A stretch of 64,000 nucleotides of DNA from Lachnospiraceae bacterium (GCA_014804345.1 JAAUZZ010000021.1:116923-180922), one strand, 5' to 3'; positions 28,152 through 38,800 are shown, counted from the stretch's first letter. Program-made: numbers and translations. The notes: generated by a model not told the origin, from the sequence alone.

Positions 28152-29219
28152 TTACAAGGTACTGCTTGTGGCATTCGTAACCGCCGCAATCGCCACAAAA
28201 AATAAAGTAGCAACTGTTATCAAAAGACGCAGCAGCATAAAACCCGCTTCCGAAATATAGTTGACGCACTTTGTCATCTGCTTTTCACCGCAGATACTTC
28301 CCAGTGCGCCGCTGACTTTTATAATTGCCAAAAGAATAAAGGCTCTCAAAACAGGCGCAACAATCAGCAGTACCAACACCACAAGGATTAACGCTCCCAA
28401 ACTGCTTTTCACTGCAATCGCAGACGCAATCGTCACAGTGGAAACCGACTCCACAATATCGCCAATTCCCGGAATCGCCCCCGCGGTTTTTTGGATGACT
28501 GCCGCATTTGCCTTATCGATTACAGGTGTTATTATTATCTGGAGGATGCTGCTGCCCGACAAAAACACAACCATTCCCTTCATCACGAACTGCACAGTCT
28601 TTTTCATCAGCTCCATGATTCCGTCAAAACGTCCCTCTCCCCAGATGCTTTCCACGATGCCGAGCATTACGTATCCCTCCACGACACAAGTAAGCGATGC
28701 CGCGACAATCCCCTCAATCAGACACAGAAAGCCCAACAGCAGCTTATAAAAGATAAGCGCCGTAAGTCCCGATCCCGCCGCGGCAATGCAGATCATGTAA
28801 GAGGGAAGCATAATCTTTAAAAACTCAAGCATCCGATCCATCGCATCATTGACAATGCCAAGCACATCTTGAAAGGCATTTACCAGCACCAAAAGTTCAC
28901 AGATCACAAAAAAAGTTCTCGCCGCATTTGCCGCTCCCTCATTCTTAAACGCCACCATAAATCCGTTCACGATTGCCGCAGCAATGAAAAGCACAAGAAT
29001 TGACACAAACAGACTTTTCCACCCTGCCGCCATATTCAGGATGCATGACCGTATGTACTGCCAGACCAAATCGGGCTCCAACACCCAGTTTCCTTTCAAC
29101 ACATCTTCCATAAAGCTCATAGAACTGATGTTTTGTCCCGGCAAAAGCTCCTCCAACAGCTTGTCAACCATGTCCAAATCCGGCAGTATATCCTGCCATA
29201 AATTGATATCCTGATTCAT
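28152..29219 (-). CDS. spoIIIAE: Stage III sporulation protein AE
   Basis: Polytopic membrane protein with AIPGIGD motif; operon position. Confidence 0.88.
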   Translation of the reverse strand: MNQDINLWQDILPDLDMVDKLLEELLPGQNISSMSFMEDVLKGNWVLEPDLVWQYIRSCILNMAAGWKSLFVSILVLFIAAAIVNGFMVAFKNEGAANAARTFFVICELLVLVNAFQDVLGIVNDAMDRMLEFLKIMLPSYMICIAAAGSGLTALIFYKLLLGFLCLIEGIVAASLTCVVEGYVMLGIVESIWGEGRFDGIMELMKKTVQFVMKGMVVFLSGSSILQIIITPVIDKANAAVIQKTAGAIPGIGDIVESVSTVTIASAIAVKSSLGALILVVLVLLIVAPVLRAFILLAIIKVSGALGSICGEKQMTKCVNYISEAGFMLLRLLITVATLFFVAIAAVTNATSSTL

Positions 29220-29596
29220 CGCATTATTTCCTCAAGCATTTCTATCATCATTTTAATCACGGGAAGTCCCGCAACCATAATCGCTATTTTCCCAAAAAGT
29301 TCAATATGGTTTGCCAGTGCGGAATGTCCCGCGTCCTTGCTAAGACTTGCGGCAAAATCGCACACATAAGTAATCCCCACAAGCTTTAACAGCAGCTTCA
29401 AATACGTGACATTCTGACTGATAAATTTTTCAAAGTTCTCCAACTCCTCCACAACGCCCCCAATCACGAGCATCACGCGGATTGCGATAAAAAATCCCAC
29501 AATCATAATGATCAGCGAAGCATACTCCGGCTTGTCTTTCTTGACAACAAGGGCGGCAAAAAGCCCCGCGATCGCGAGCACACATATTTGCAGCAT
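29216..29596 (-). CDS. spoIIIAD: Stage III sporulation protein AD
   Basis: KPEY, LLKLVGITYVCDFAASLSKDAG, IELFGK. Confidence 0.92.
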   Translation of the reverse strand: MLQICVLAIAGLFAALVVKKDKPEYASLIIMIVGFFIAIRVMLVIGGVVEELENFEKFISQNVTYLKLLLKLVGITYVCDFAASLSKDAGHSALANHIELFGKIAIMVAGLPVIKMMIEMLEEIMR

Positions 29597-29627
29597 ATCA
29601 ATCCTCCATCCTTGTACAACCCGCTCA

Positions 29628-29822
29628 CTACAATCCGAACAGATCCTGTATCATATTAAAAAGATCATATATGTATGGGACAATCCATGAAAGCACCAGC
29701 ACAAGTCCCGCGAGGCTAATCAAAAATGCATGTTCTTCTCTGCCGCTGTGTTTTAATACCTGTCCTAAAATCGTAATCAATATGCCCACCGCCGCTATCT
29801 TAAAAATCAGACTTACTTCCAT
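29628..29822 (-). CDS. spoIIIAC: Stage III sporulation protein AC
   Basis: LIFKIAAVGIL, VLKHSGREE, LAGL. Confidence 0.94.
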   Translation of the reverse strand: MEVSLIFKIAAVGILITILGQVLKHSGREEHAFLISLAGLVLVLSWIVPYIYDLFNMIQDLFGL

Positions 29823-29857
29823 TTTTTATCTCCAATTCATATAATCTACGTTTTTCT

Positions 29858-30376
29858 TCACAAAAACAGTACGATGCATAAAACTCCCGTTAGTGTACTC
29901 AAAGCATTAATCAATCTGCTGTTTTCTCTTCTCTTTATGCTAAGCGCCGCTATTTTTTCGTCCAGCTCCCGTTCAAAAAGGCATAAGCGCTCAACCTGCA
30001 TCTTGTCCCCCTCGCAGCCAAAACACGCACCCATGCGCTCCATATAATAAAGCGATTCTTTTGGCATCGCATCTTTCTCGATCAGCGCAAGGTTTGCGCG
30101 CCAGATCTCAGAAAGCGTCCTCCCGCTCCTCGCGTCAAGCTGTTCCGATGTATCCATAAGAAACGTAGCATACGGCTCCCCAATACGCTCCGCCGCGATA
30201 TGCAGAATTTCCGCAATCGGTCTATGCAGATATGTAATCTCACCGATGATATAAAGCAGCAGCTCCTTTTGCTTTTTTAAGTGCGCAATCTCACTGCCAA
30301 GCTCCCCGCACAGTGCAAGTCCAAATCCGACTGCTCCCGTCATTACACAGGTTCCCGCAATAAACTTTTGCCACAT
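29858..30376 (-). CDS. spoIIIAB: Stage III sporulation protein AB
   Basis: N- and C-terminal TM, GEITY..PIAE; position after AA. Confidence 0.85.
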   Translation of the reverse strand: MWQKFIAGTCVMTGAVGFGLALCGELGSEIAHLKKQKELLLYIIGEITYLHRPIAEILHIAAERIGEPYATFLMDTSEQLDARSGRTLSEIWRANLALIEKDAMPKESLYYMERMGACFGCEGDKMQVERLCLFERELDEKIAALSIKRRENSRLINALSTLTGVLCIVLFL

Positions 30377-31269
30377 ATTCTCCCTCCCTCCCTGTCAAAT
30401 ATCTCAAAATATCGGAAATTCCTCTCGTCTGCGGACAAGATCAAAAGCCTGTCAAACAGTTTCAGTCTGATGATTTCCGCAAGCTCTTTATTTCGCGTCA
30501 CATCTTCCAACGAACTTCCATGCGCCGTTGCCAGCACAGCACAGCCGCTCACGCCCGCATGAATGATTGCCTCGGCATCGCTTTGTTTTCCGATTTCGTC
30601 TATCGCTATCACACGCGGTGAAAACGTCCTCACAAGCACGGATATCCCATGTCCCTTATCACCACCCGTTACCACATCCGTACGCTCCCCGCAGTCAAGC
30701 ATAGCACTCCCTCTGTACGCTCCCGCAAGTTCTCCCCGCTCATCGATCACGCCCACGCTGCACCCGCAAAAGCCGCACTCCCCGTCCGATACGATCCGTA
30801 TCATATCCCGCAAAAGCGTTGTTTTTCCAATTCCCGGAGGCGATATGATCAGGGTATTTAACGGTTGTCCTCTGTCGCGTGTACCAATCAGGTACCTTGC
30901 TGCATTTTGGGCAATTCCTTTCTTTTCGTGTGCGATTCGGATATTAATGTATCGGATATACTTTGCGATATACCCTCCGTCAGCAGCAACTAACTCTCCC
31001 GTTATTCCAATTCGGTGTCCGCCCTCCACTGCAAGATACCCCTGTTTTCTCTCCTCGTCGTAGGCATATACCGAATCGTGGCACAAATACCGGAAAATAT
31101 CCTCAAGCTCTCCCTCTCCATACACAAAAGGAAGCCCAATCTCACGTTCCGCGATTACTCTGACTCTTTTCCCGACTCTGATCCGGATTTCCCTCACGGC
31201 GCTGCTGTCCAAACCGGCATTCAGCCAGTCCTTCCTTAACCGCTCCGGGAAAAATGTTACCAGTTCCAA
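30343..31269 (-). CDS. spoIIIAA: Stage III sporulation ATPase AA
   Basis: Likely TTG start 31269 after AAGGTGGTGA; EIRIR, GGHRIG, SPPGIGKTTLLRD, DERGE, DEIG, TAHG. Confidence 0.94.
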   Translation of the reverse strand: MELVTFFPERLRKDWLNAGLDSSAVREIRIRVGKRVRVIAEREIGLPFVYGEGELEDIFRYLCHDSVYAYDEERKQGYLAVEGGHRIGITGELVAADGGYIAKYIRYINIRIAHEKKGIAQNAARYLIGTRDRGQPLNTLIISPPGIGKTTLLRDMIRIVSDGECGFCGCSVGVIDERGELAGAYRGSAMLDCGERTDVVTGGDKGHGISVLVRTFSPRVIAIDEIGKQSDAEAIIHAGVSGCAVLATAHGSSLEDVTRNKELAEIIRLKLFDRLLILSADERNFRYFEIFDREGGRICGKSLLREPV

Positions 31270-31295
31270 AACCTCACCACCTTTGTCCTTATCTC

Positions 31296-31423
31296 GTAAC
31301 TGCTCAGTACCTTCACAGTTACAAGCAAAAATCCATACAAAATCGCTTACGCGATGGATTTTTGCCTGCAAAATTTATGCTTTCGTACGGTCAGTGCAGT
31401 AAATGCGCAGACCTATTTAATCG
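31296..31423. mobile_element. Family C three-module hairpin element with 13-bp flanking direct repeat
   Basis: ttgtccttatctc at 31283-31295 and 31424-31436; internal modules homologous to 19165-19297. Confidence 0.78.
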
Positions 31424-31436
31424 TTGTCCTTATCTC

Positions 31437-31466
31437 AATATATGTCCACCTTTTCGGAATTATACA
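31437..31466 (-). promoter_or_regulatory. sigma-E-like promoter of the spoIIIA operon
   Basis: ATA-N16-CATATATT on minus strand fits the sigma-E consensus; spoIIIA is a known sigma-E operon. Confidence 0.65.
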
Positions 31467-31467
31467 C

Positions 31468-31515
31468 AAAAAAATACAGGCGCGGCCGCAAGTTTCCTTG
31501 CAGTCACTCCTGTAT
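31468..31515 (-). terminator. Terminator after pnp
   Basis: atacagg...gcaag-tttc-cttgc...cctgtat hairpin with T-tract on minus strand. Confidence 0.8.
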
Positions 31516-31547
31516 CCGTATTCATCTGATTTTTTTATATCTCTCTT

Positions 31548-33674
31548 TTAATTCTGCGCTACATCTTTCATTGAGAAGCTGATTCTGCCCATCTTGTCTC
31601 TTCCAAGACAAACCACAGTCACCGTATCGCCAAGCGTCAGCACGTCCTCGACATGGTTGATTCTCTCCTTCGCAATCTTAGAGATATGAACCATACCCTC
31701 TTTTCCGGGCGCAAACTCGATAAACGCGCCAAACTCCTTAATGCTCACAACCTTGCCCTTAAAAATCTGACCTTCCTCAAAGTCTGTTGTGATAATGTTA
31801 ATCATTTCACAAGCCTTATCCATCATCGCCTGATCCGTTCCGCAGATGCTTACAAAGCCCTCATCGGAAATATCAATCTTAACGCCTGTCTGATCAATAA
31901 TCGCATTGATGGTCTTTCCTCTCTGACCAACCACATCGCCAATCTTTTCCGGGTCAATCTTTGTCTGGATAATCTTCGGCGCATACTCGCCTACCGTAGG
32001 TCTCGGCTCTGCGATGCAAGGAAGCATAATCTCATTCAGAATATACATTCTCGCATCTCTCGTCTTTGCAATCGCTTCCTCAACGATCGGTCTTGTCAGA
32101 CCATGAATCTTGATATCCATCTGGATCGCTGTGATACCGTCCTTCGTACCCGCTACCTTAAAGTCCATATCGCCAAAGAAGTCCTCAAGTCCCTGAATAT
32201 CTGTCAATACAATATAATCATCGTCCGTATCGCCTGTCACAAGACCGCAGGAAATGCCCGCTACCGGTTTCTTGATCGGTACACCAGCTGCCATCAGTGA
32301 CATGGTAGATGCACAGATAGAACCCTGTGAAGTAGAACCGTTCGACTCAAACGTTTCCGATACGGTACGGATTGCATACGGGAACTCCTCTTCCGAGGGA
32401 AGTACCGGCACAAGCGCCTTCTCCGCAAGCGCTCCATGTCCGATCTCACGGCGTCCCGGTCCTCTCGAGGGTTTTGTTTCGCCCACAGAGTAAGACGGGA
32501 AATTGTAGTGGTGCATATACCGCTTATTTGTTTCATTCTCATCAAGACCGTCAATGCGCTGAACTTCCGACAGCGGCGCAAGCGTCGTAACCGTACAGAT
32601 CTGTGTCTGTCCACGTGTAAACATCGCGGAACCATGTACTCTCGGAATAATATCCGTTTCTGCCGCAAGCGGACGAATCTGTGTCACCTTTCTGCCATCG
32701 GGACGCTTCTGGTCCTTCAAAATCATCTTTCTGACAGTCTTTTTCTGATATTGATAAATTGCCTCGCCAAGAATTGCAAGCCATTCCTCGTTATCGGCAA
32801 ACGCTTCTTCAAGCTTTTCGGTAATCTTCTTGATATTTTCTTCTCTTACCTGCTTCTCATCGGTAAATACGGCAACCTCCATCTCCTCGGGAGGCACGAT
32901 TTCCTTGATCTTTGCAAACATCTCCTCGGGAATCGCGCAGCTTGTATATCCATGCTTTGCCTTTCCTACCTCTGCTACAATCTTGTTGATAAACGCAATC
33001 AGCGTCTGATTGATTTCGTGGCACTTATAAATCGCCTCAATCATCTTATCCTCGGGAACTTCGTTTGCCCCCGCCTCAATCATAATCACCTTCTGGCTTG
33101 TCGATGCAACGGTAAGCTGCATATCGCCGTTCTTCCACTGCTCCTGATTGGGATTTACCACAAACTCACCGTCCACAAGTCCCATCTGCGTTGTCGCGCA
33201 CGGACCGTCAAACGGAATATCCGATATTGAAGTAACGATTGCCGAACCGATCATCGCCACCAGCTCAGGACGGCACTGCGGATCAACGCTCATTACCATA
33301 TTGTTCAACGTTACGTCATTTCTGTAGTCCTTCGGGAAAAGAGGACGCATCGGTCTGTCGATTACACGGCTCGTAAGCACCGCATTCTCGCTTGCCTTTC
33401 CTTCTCTCTTATTAAAACCTCCCGGAATCTTTCCTACCGAATAAAGCTTCTCCTCATACTCCACGGAAAGTGGGAAAAAATCAATGCCATCTCTGGGCTT
33501 GTCCGATGCCGTTGCTGTACAAAGCACAGTAGTGTCACCGTAATGCATCAGCGCCGCACCGTTTGCCTGCGCTGCCACTCTGCCGATATCCACGGTGAGC
33601 GTGCGTCCCGCAAGCTCCATGCTGTACGCTTTGTATGACTTATCTTTCTTTTCGCTAAATGTCATGTATTCCAT
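31548..33674 (-). CDS. pnp: Polyribonucleotide nucleotidyltransferase (PNPase)
   Basis: DFFPLSVEYEEK, RRE IGHG, SNGSTS, GDMDFKVAGT, KH and S1 domains. Confidence 0.98.
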   Translation of the reverse strand: MEYMTFSEKKDKSYKAYSMELAGRTLTVDIGRVAAQANGAALMHYGDTTVLCTATASDKPRDGIDFFPLSVEYEEKLYSVGKIPGGFNKREGKASENAVLTSRVIDRPMRPLFPKDYRNDVTLNNMVMSVDPQCRPELVAMIGSAIVTSISDIPFDGPCATTQMGLVDGEFVVNPNQEQWKNGDMQLTVASTSQKVIMIEAGANEVPEDKMIEAIYKCHEINQTLIAFINKIVAEVGKAKHGYTSCAIPEEMFAKIKEIVPPEEMEVAVFTDEKQVREENIKKITEKLEEAFADNEEWLAILGEAIYQYQKKTVRKMILKDQKRPDGRKVTQIRPLAAETDIIPRVHGSAMFTRGQTQICTVTTLAPLSEVQRIDGLDENETNKRYMHHYNFPSYSVGETKPSRGPGRREIGHGALAEKALVPVLPSEEEFPYAIRTVSETFESNGSTSQGSICASTMSLMAAGVPIKKPVAGISCGLVTGDTDDDYIVLTDIQGLEDFFGDMDFKVAGTKDGITAIQMDIKIHGLTRPIVEEAIAKTRDARMYILNEIMLPCIAEPRPTVGEYAPKIIQTKIDPEKIGDVVGQRGKTINAIIDQTGVKIDISDEGFVSICGTDQAMMDKACEMINIITTDFEEGQIFKGKVVSIKEFGAFIEFAPGKEGMVHISKIAKERINHVEDVLTLGDTVTVVCLGRDKMGRISFSMKDVAQN

Positions 33675-33705
33675 CGCATATCTCCTTTTCTCAACTTATG
33701 GTTAA

Positions 33706-33799
33706 ATAATCGAGCAGGGAAGCTTTTCTCCCTGCTCGCGCGCCGCCGACGCGCCACTTTAGTGGCATTTCTCATCTGCGTCGGAGTGTGCATAAAAGA
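33706..33799. repeat. Intergenic multi-hairpin element, family A
   Basis: ataatcgagcagggaa...tccctgctcgcgcgccgccgacgcgccactttagtggc...tcatctgcgtcggagtgtgcataaaaga. Confidence 0.85.
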
Positions 33800-33820
33800 G
33801 GCGGATAGATACCCGCCCCT
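33794..33820 (-). terminator. Terminator after rpsO
   Basis: minus strand AGGGGCGG-GTATCTAT-CCGCCTCT-TTT. Confidence 0.7.
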
Positions 33821-33833
33821 CCAAAATCTTGTA

Positions 33834-34100
33834 TTACTTTCTAAGACCAAGCTTTTCTATCAGAGCACGATATCTTTCGATGTCGGTTTTCTTTAAATAT
33901 CCGAGCAAACCACGTCTCTGACCTACCATCTTCAAAAGACCTCTCCTTGAATGGTGATCCTTCTGATTTACTTTCAGGTGCTCTGTAAGCTCCTGTATTC
34001 TTGCTGTCAGTACCGCAACCTGTACCTCCGGTGAACCTGTATCGCCCGGTGTTCTTGCGTACTCGTTGATAATTGCTGTTTTCTTTTCTTTCGAAATCAT
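33834..34100 (-). CDS. rpsO: 30S ribosomal protein S15
   Basis: True start MISKEKK at 34100 after GGAGG; [23 protein letters not shown]. Confidence 0.98.
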   Translation of the reverse strand: MISKEKKTAIINEYARTPGDTGSPEVQVAVLTARIQELTEHLKVNQKDHHSRRGLLKMVGQRRGLLGYLKKTDIERYRALIEKLGLRK

Positions 34101-34200
34101 CTTTCTTCCTCCATTAATCTTTCCTGATAACCGCCGGAAACTAAGCTCGGGTTGGAGCTGCCCTCCACTGAGCATCGGCTGAATTTACTGCATATGCGCT
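34101..34200 (-). promoter_or_regulatory. Probable S15 autoregulatory leader RNA
   Basis: Structured 5' UTR (GCTCAGTGGAG-GGCAG-CTCCAACCCGAGC stem) between promoter and rpsO; S15 leaders are established in Firmicutes. Confidence 0.55.
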
Positions 34201-34233
34201 GTTTTTCTCATATCTTCCACAGCACACTTAGAC

Positions 34234-34262
34234 AGTATACCACACAAAAGATACAGATGCAA
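34234..34262 (-). promoter_or_regulatory. sigma-A promoter of rpsO
   Basis: TTGCAT-N17-TATACT with TG extended -10. Confidence 0.75.
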
Positions 34263-34293
34263 CTAAAACTTCAAAATTTTTCCCTATATTTCC

Positions 34294-35517
34294 TTATAAA
34301 AATCTCCTTGCACAAGCAGGTGTTCGATAATTGACACTCGAAATCTTGATGCCTGTCTTCGGACTTGACGCATGGATTACCTGTCCGTTTCCTATGTAAA
34401 TTGCAACGTGATTGATACTGCCGTTCTTTGCATAGAACACCAGATCGCCCGGCTGCACTTCACCCAGTGAGACCTTCGTACCCATCTGCGCCTGTGACGC
34501 CGCATGATGCGGCAGTGACACACCATACTTTTTAAAGATGCTCAGCGTAAATCCCGAACAGTCCGCTCCATTTGTAAGGCTTACGCCGCCCCACACATAA
34601 GGATTTCCCACATACTTTTTGGCTTCCTGCACAAGATTAACCCGCACATCGGAAACACCCTGTCCATATAAAAGTTCCGTCAACGTTACCGCTTTTTCGA
34701 GACGTTCCTCAACATCTACATATTCACCGGAAACATATGCTTCCTCATCGTCAAGTAGGAATTTTATCCAACCGTTTTCCATCACTTCAACGACCTCAAG
34801 CTCCTCCTCCTGCGGAATCAACGTAATGACGATACTGTCGGTATTCGGCTCCTCACGCACCTTTAACGTCTGTGTGTTAACAATCGCGATCATGGATGCC
34901 ACTTGTCGACCTCTCTCTATCGCCTCGGAGCCCATGTAAAGATAATCCGTACTGCAGTATCCTTCCACCTTTCCCGATTTGATATGCGCCCAGCCGTTTT
35001 CTACCGAAAGAATCTCACACGCCGCGTCTTTTGGCAGCTTGCCGACAAGCTTTCCGTCCTCACCCGGCTCCTGTCGAATATTTAAGTGGTTGTCCACATG
35101 CGCAATGCCAAGGTTTGTGTAACCCCAATACGTCTGCGGGTTCTCCCCGTCCGCTGCAAGCGCTTCTACCGCTGCAAGCGCTTCTACCGCCTCATCATTT
35201 CCATCAGATTCGCTGTCCTCAATTTTGATCGCTTCCATCCAACCGGCTCCGGCATATGTGCCCTTATCATCGTTTTCAACATCTATTGCTTCCATCCAGC
35301 CGGCTCCGGCATATGTATCCTTATCAGCTGGCAGCATAAAATCGGAAAAATCAACGACTTCTATGTCAGAATCCGCCTCCGACTGTTCCGCCTCGGCAAA
35401 TTCATCGGAAACGCTGCTCTCTTTCGAGTTCGCGTAAACACCGCTTCCAAACAGCACCAAAGCAAGTCCAACTGCGGCTACCCCTCCCGTGTATCTTAAT
35501 TGATCTATCTTTTTCAT
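34294..35517 (-). CDS. SH3b-SH3b-NlpC/P60 (C40) peptidoglycan endopeptidase
   Basis: Likely start 35517 MKKIDQ; two SH3 (LNIRQEP, LKVREEP); GNPYVWGG, DCSGF, PGDLVFY, HVAIYIG, IHAS. Confidence 0.92.
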   Translation of the reverse strand: MKKIDQLRYTGGVAAVGLALVLFGSGVYANSKESSVSDEFAEAEQSEADSDIEVVDFSDFMLPADKDTYAGAGWMEAIDVENDDKGTYAGAGWMEAIKIEDSESDGNDEAVEALAAVEALAADGENPQTYWGYTNLGIAHVDNHLNIRQEPGEDGKLVGKLPKDAACEILSVENGWAHIKSGKVEGYCSTDYLYMGSEAIERGRQVASMIAIVNTQTLKVREEPNTDSIVITLIPQEEELEVVEVMENGWIKFLLDDEEAYVSGEYVDVEERLEKAVTLTELLYGQGVSDVRVNLVQEAKKYVGNPYVWGGVSLTNGADCSGFTLSIFKKYGVSLPHHAASQAQMGTKVSLGEVQPGDLVFYAKNGSINHVAIYIGNGQVIHASSPKTGIKISSVNYRTPACARRFL

Positions 35518-35524
35518 ATAAATA

Positions 35525-35600
35525 CCATGCTTCTTTCTCAACCTGCAAATTTGTGTCCCAAGCACAAATTTGCCGTGTGAAAAATTTATTTTTCACACTA
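35525..35600. repeat. Family B element (long form)
   Basis: ccatgcttctttctcaacctgcaaatttgtgtcccaagcacaaatttgccgtgtgaaaaa-ttta-tttttcacacta; near-identical to 45438-45515. Confidence 0.88.
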
Positions 35601-35612
35601 ATAACCCTTAAT

Positions 35613-35640
35613 ATTACAAACTTGTTACATTTTTGTTACA
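35613..35640 (-). promoter_or_regulatory. WalR/OmpR-family-like triple direct repeat
   Basis: minus strand TGTAAC-N5-TGTAAC-N5-TGTAAT matches the WalR consensus TGTWAH-N5-TGTWAH; upstream of a cell-wall hydrolase. Confidence 0.6.
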
Positions 35641-35645
35641 GTCAT

Positions 35646-35674
35646 AATATAACATTTTATACATATGCTGTCAA
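35646..35674 (-). promoter_or_regulatory. sigma-A promoter of the NlpC/P60 gene
   Basis: TTGACA-N17-TATATT with TG extended -10. Confidence 0.7.
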
Positions 35675-35775
35675 CATAAAATTGATATTGCGGGATTGTT
35701 CCCTACGTTTATATATGTAATAATCTCCCCTAATCCTTTTCTATACGTGCATTTATAATGGTTCTGATTATAAAC

Positions 35776-35824
35776 AAAGAGGGCAGTCCCTCAAGTCATT
35801 TCATAACTTTTGGGACACCCTCTT
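35776..35824 (-). terminator. Probable terminator after the pectate lyase gene
   Basis: aagaggg..gtccc...gggac.ccctctt imperfect hairpin. Confidence 0.6.
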
Positions 35825-35875
35825 CTCCTATGTCTAAATTTCAATCCGCCGTTTCAACAGTCTTTGGTATTATTT

Positions 35876-38800
35876 TTATTCGTGAAATAATCCATTCAAA
35901 TTGTCTATAATGCTCTTAACTTTTTCAAACGTCAGCGTTTTCTGACCAATCTTAAACTTGATTGTCTTGGTTCCGCTGTAATCACCGGTACCCTTGATTA
36001 CTGCAGTCGCCGTTCCCTTGTTGATATTGTTAGAATATGAAACGATTTCATAGGCTGCTTTTTCGCCCTCGCCTTCAGAGCCAAGCATTTTAAGCGTATC
36101 TGTAAAAGGCTTTCCATCCTTATCCTTACCCTTGTATGTCACTAGCAAGTCTCCGTTTTCAAGTTCAATTTCTTTACCTGTGTACGGCTTTACAACCTTA
36201 ACCTTTTTCCCGTCAATGACTTGAACAAGTTCGAATTTCGCTTTCGCTATATTTCTGCCTACCGTAAATGTCTCCGACTGTGTCGTCTCAGCCGTAAGAT
36301 TGGTGGTATCCGTTCCCGTTGCAGTCACTGTAATCAAATCCCCAACCTCAAGCTTATCCGCTGCCGTCAAATCTGTGGGTTGAGCATTCGCCTTTGCTGC
36401 CGGTCTTTTTGCTGTAACTTCAAGCGTATACTGCGAAGGCTTCAGTGTATCACCGGCTTTGTCAACTACCGTCGCTGCCTTTTCATTTATCTTGTCGACT
36501 TTCATTCCCTCATATACGGCTAATGACGACACATTGCCTTTGCTCATGTCAAACTGCGTAATGCCAAATTTACCGTCTTTGTATGCTTTCGCATAATTCC
36601 CTTTACCGGTAATGACAATCTTGCCCTCTACGCCAACCGTTTTATTTGACGAATACTTCACCGTGTAATCTCTGCCTTTTTCGAGATTTTTGATCACTTC
36701 CGGCTTTCCTTCTTCCGGCGTATATCTCACTTGAACATATATCTTTTCCGGTACTGCGCCTTTTACAGCATACTCCGCCGTAATAGGCTTAATAATGGGA
36801 TCATCACCATTTGTCACAGCTGAAGAAGATAGGAACACTTCACATTTGCTTAAGTCTACCGGCAAAATCTTAAATGTATTTTTAATTGTTGTCGCCTTAC
36901 CATTTTTACCGGGTGCTCCCGTTATGACGATTGTCGCTGTTCCCTTGTTGATGTTGTTTGATACGGCTACCTTTGCGAGAATAGGCGTTTTCGTCTGATC
37001 GTCCTTATCATAGTAAACCTTATCGGTTGTATTCCAAATATATGTTTTTTCTACACTGTTTCCGTCCTCCTTCGTCGTAAGCGTAAACTCCGGATACTGC
37101 GCTTCACCCGTATACATCACAGACTTCGCCACAACAAGCTTTGCGCCCTTAAGATCCTTAAGGTTCTCATCCATCACATTCGTTGGTCCCTGCGCCGAAA
37201 TAATTGTAAAGGTATCTTGGGCATCCTTACCAACATAATTGCCCTTACCCATTACTGTAACTGTTGCAGATTCCTGCTCGCTTACTTTCACATTGTTCGT
37301 ATATTTAACAGTATAGTCAACACCCTGTACCAGAAGCTGACGCTCCTCATCGGCATCATAATCATAAACATCAAACTCCGGAATAATCTTTGCACCTGTA
37401 TACACATATGTCTTTTCTTTATTGACAAAGACAATTTCCATGCCTGTTTTCTTATTATCGGACGGCGGATTCGGATTATTGCCTATTCCTTCTTCCTCAT
37501 ACACAGCAGTCAGCGTAATCACTCCATCTGTCCCCGCATCCGTTGCGTTTACAGTATAAGAAGATTTAACGATTCTGTCGCTGTTGCCAACCTTCCAACC
37601 TTTGAATTCATAGCCATCTTTCGGTATACAATTTCCAACTTTTGTAAGGTCTATCACCTGTCCTGCCTTAACACTTGCATTATTTTGTATTCCTTCAGGA
37701 AGCGTACCTTCACCAGCATCATACTTCAGTGTGTATGACTTAGACTCGTATAATGCCATGATAGTTATAACACCACCCATAGAATCTTCCTCATCAACTG
37801 TATATGATGTGCCTGGCAGTACAGTTTCTCCATCTACCGACCAGCCCTTAAATTCATATCCTGATGCTGCTGTACAAGCTCCTGGAAGAGTTATTTTTTC
37901 GCCTGCCTTTTTCACAACGGGTTGCAGTCCGGCAGGAGCAGTTCCTATTCCTGCCTGATAAAGAATCGTATATAATTCTTCCGTTGTTTCTTCTGTAAAC
38001 GTCAATTTATGATACCTTACACCTTTATCCCCTTCAGGATATACATAATAGGTGCCTGCCGCATCAATTGCAAATTCCATAGTTTGTTTAGCAGGTGTAG
38101 TAACAGAAGAAATGGCTGTTCTGCTTACCTCTTCATAGGTCAGCGGATTATCTGAGGTTTTCTTTGCCAGAACAATATCGTATTTTTTACCGGCTGTACC
38201 ATTACCTGATAATTCCACTTCTACGCTTAAAGCGCCTTTGCCTTTGGCTTCAAATTCTATAGATTTCAAAAGTGCATCATCGTTGCCTTGAATCGTCTTA
38301 TCAGTTATAAGTACACCATTAGTACCTAACTTAACTGTACTGTCACTGCCGGAAGTGGTAGCTGTCATATAATATTTCGTACTACCGTTTGCTCCCGAAA
38401 GTGCATGAATCGTAAATCCACTAATCGTCGTCTTTCCTGTAATATCCTGTCCATTTCTAAACGCCGTATTACAATCAAGTGTATGCGTCGATGTAGGCAA
38501 TTCATACCAATGTGCATATACTGTCTTATTTGCGGTCAGTTCGCTTCCGTCAACAAAGCTTACTAAATTACTACCCTCTTCTTCCAACTTATCATACCAG
38601 CCGATAAAAGCATAGCCGTTTCTTGTCGGTTTCTGTTTAATCTCATATATTTGAGATGATGCTATTCTGACTGTTGCAACTGCCGAACCACCATTTGAGT
38701 CGAATATCAAAGAATAGGCAACTTCATCATCACCACTTTCTTCCCAATCGGCATAAAGTGTTGCATTGGCCTTTACTACATATGGATATGTAACCGCCTG

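Noticed and set aside
31270-31371. N-terminal extensions given by the ORF track for spoIIIAA (and for rpsO, NlpC/P60, deoB, nadK, rimP)
   Set aside because: Better RBS-supported starts lie downstream; the extensions run through repeats, leaders or promoters
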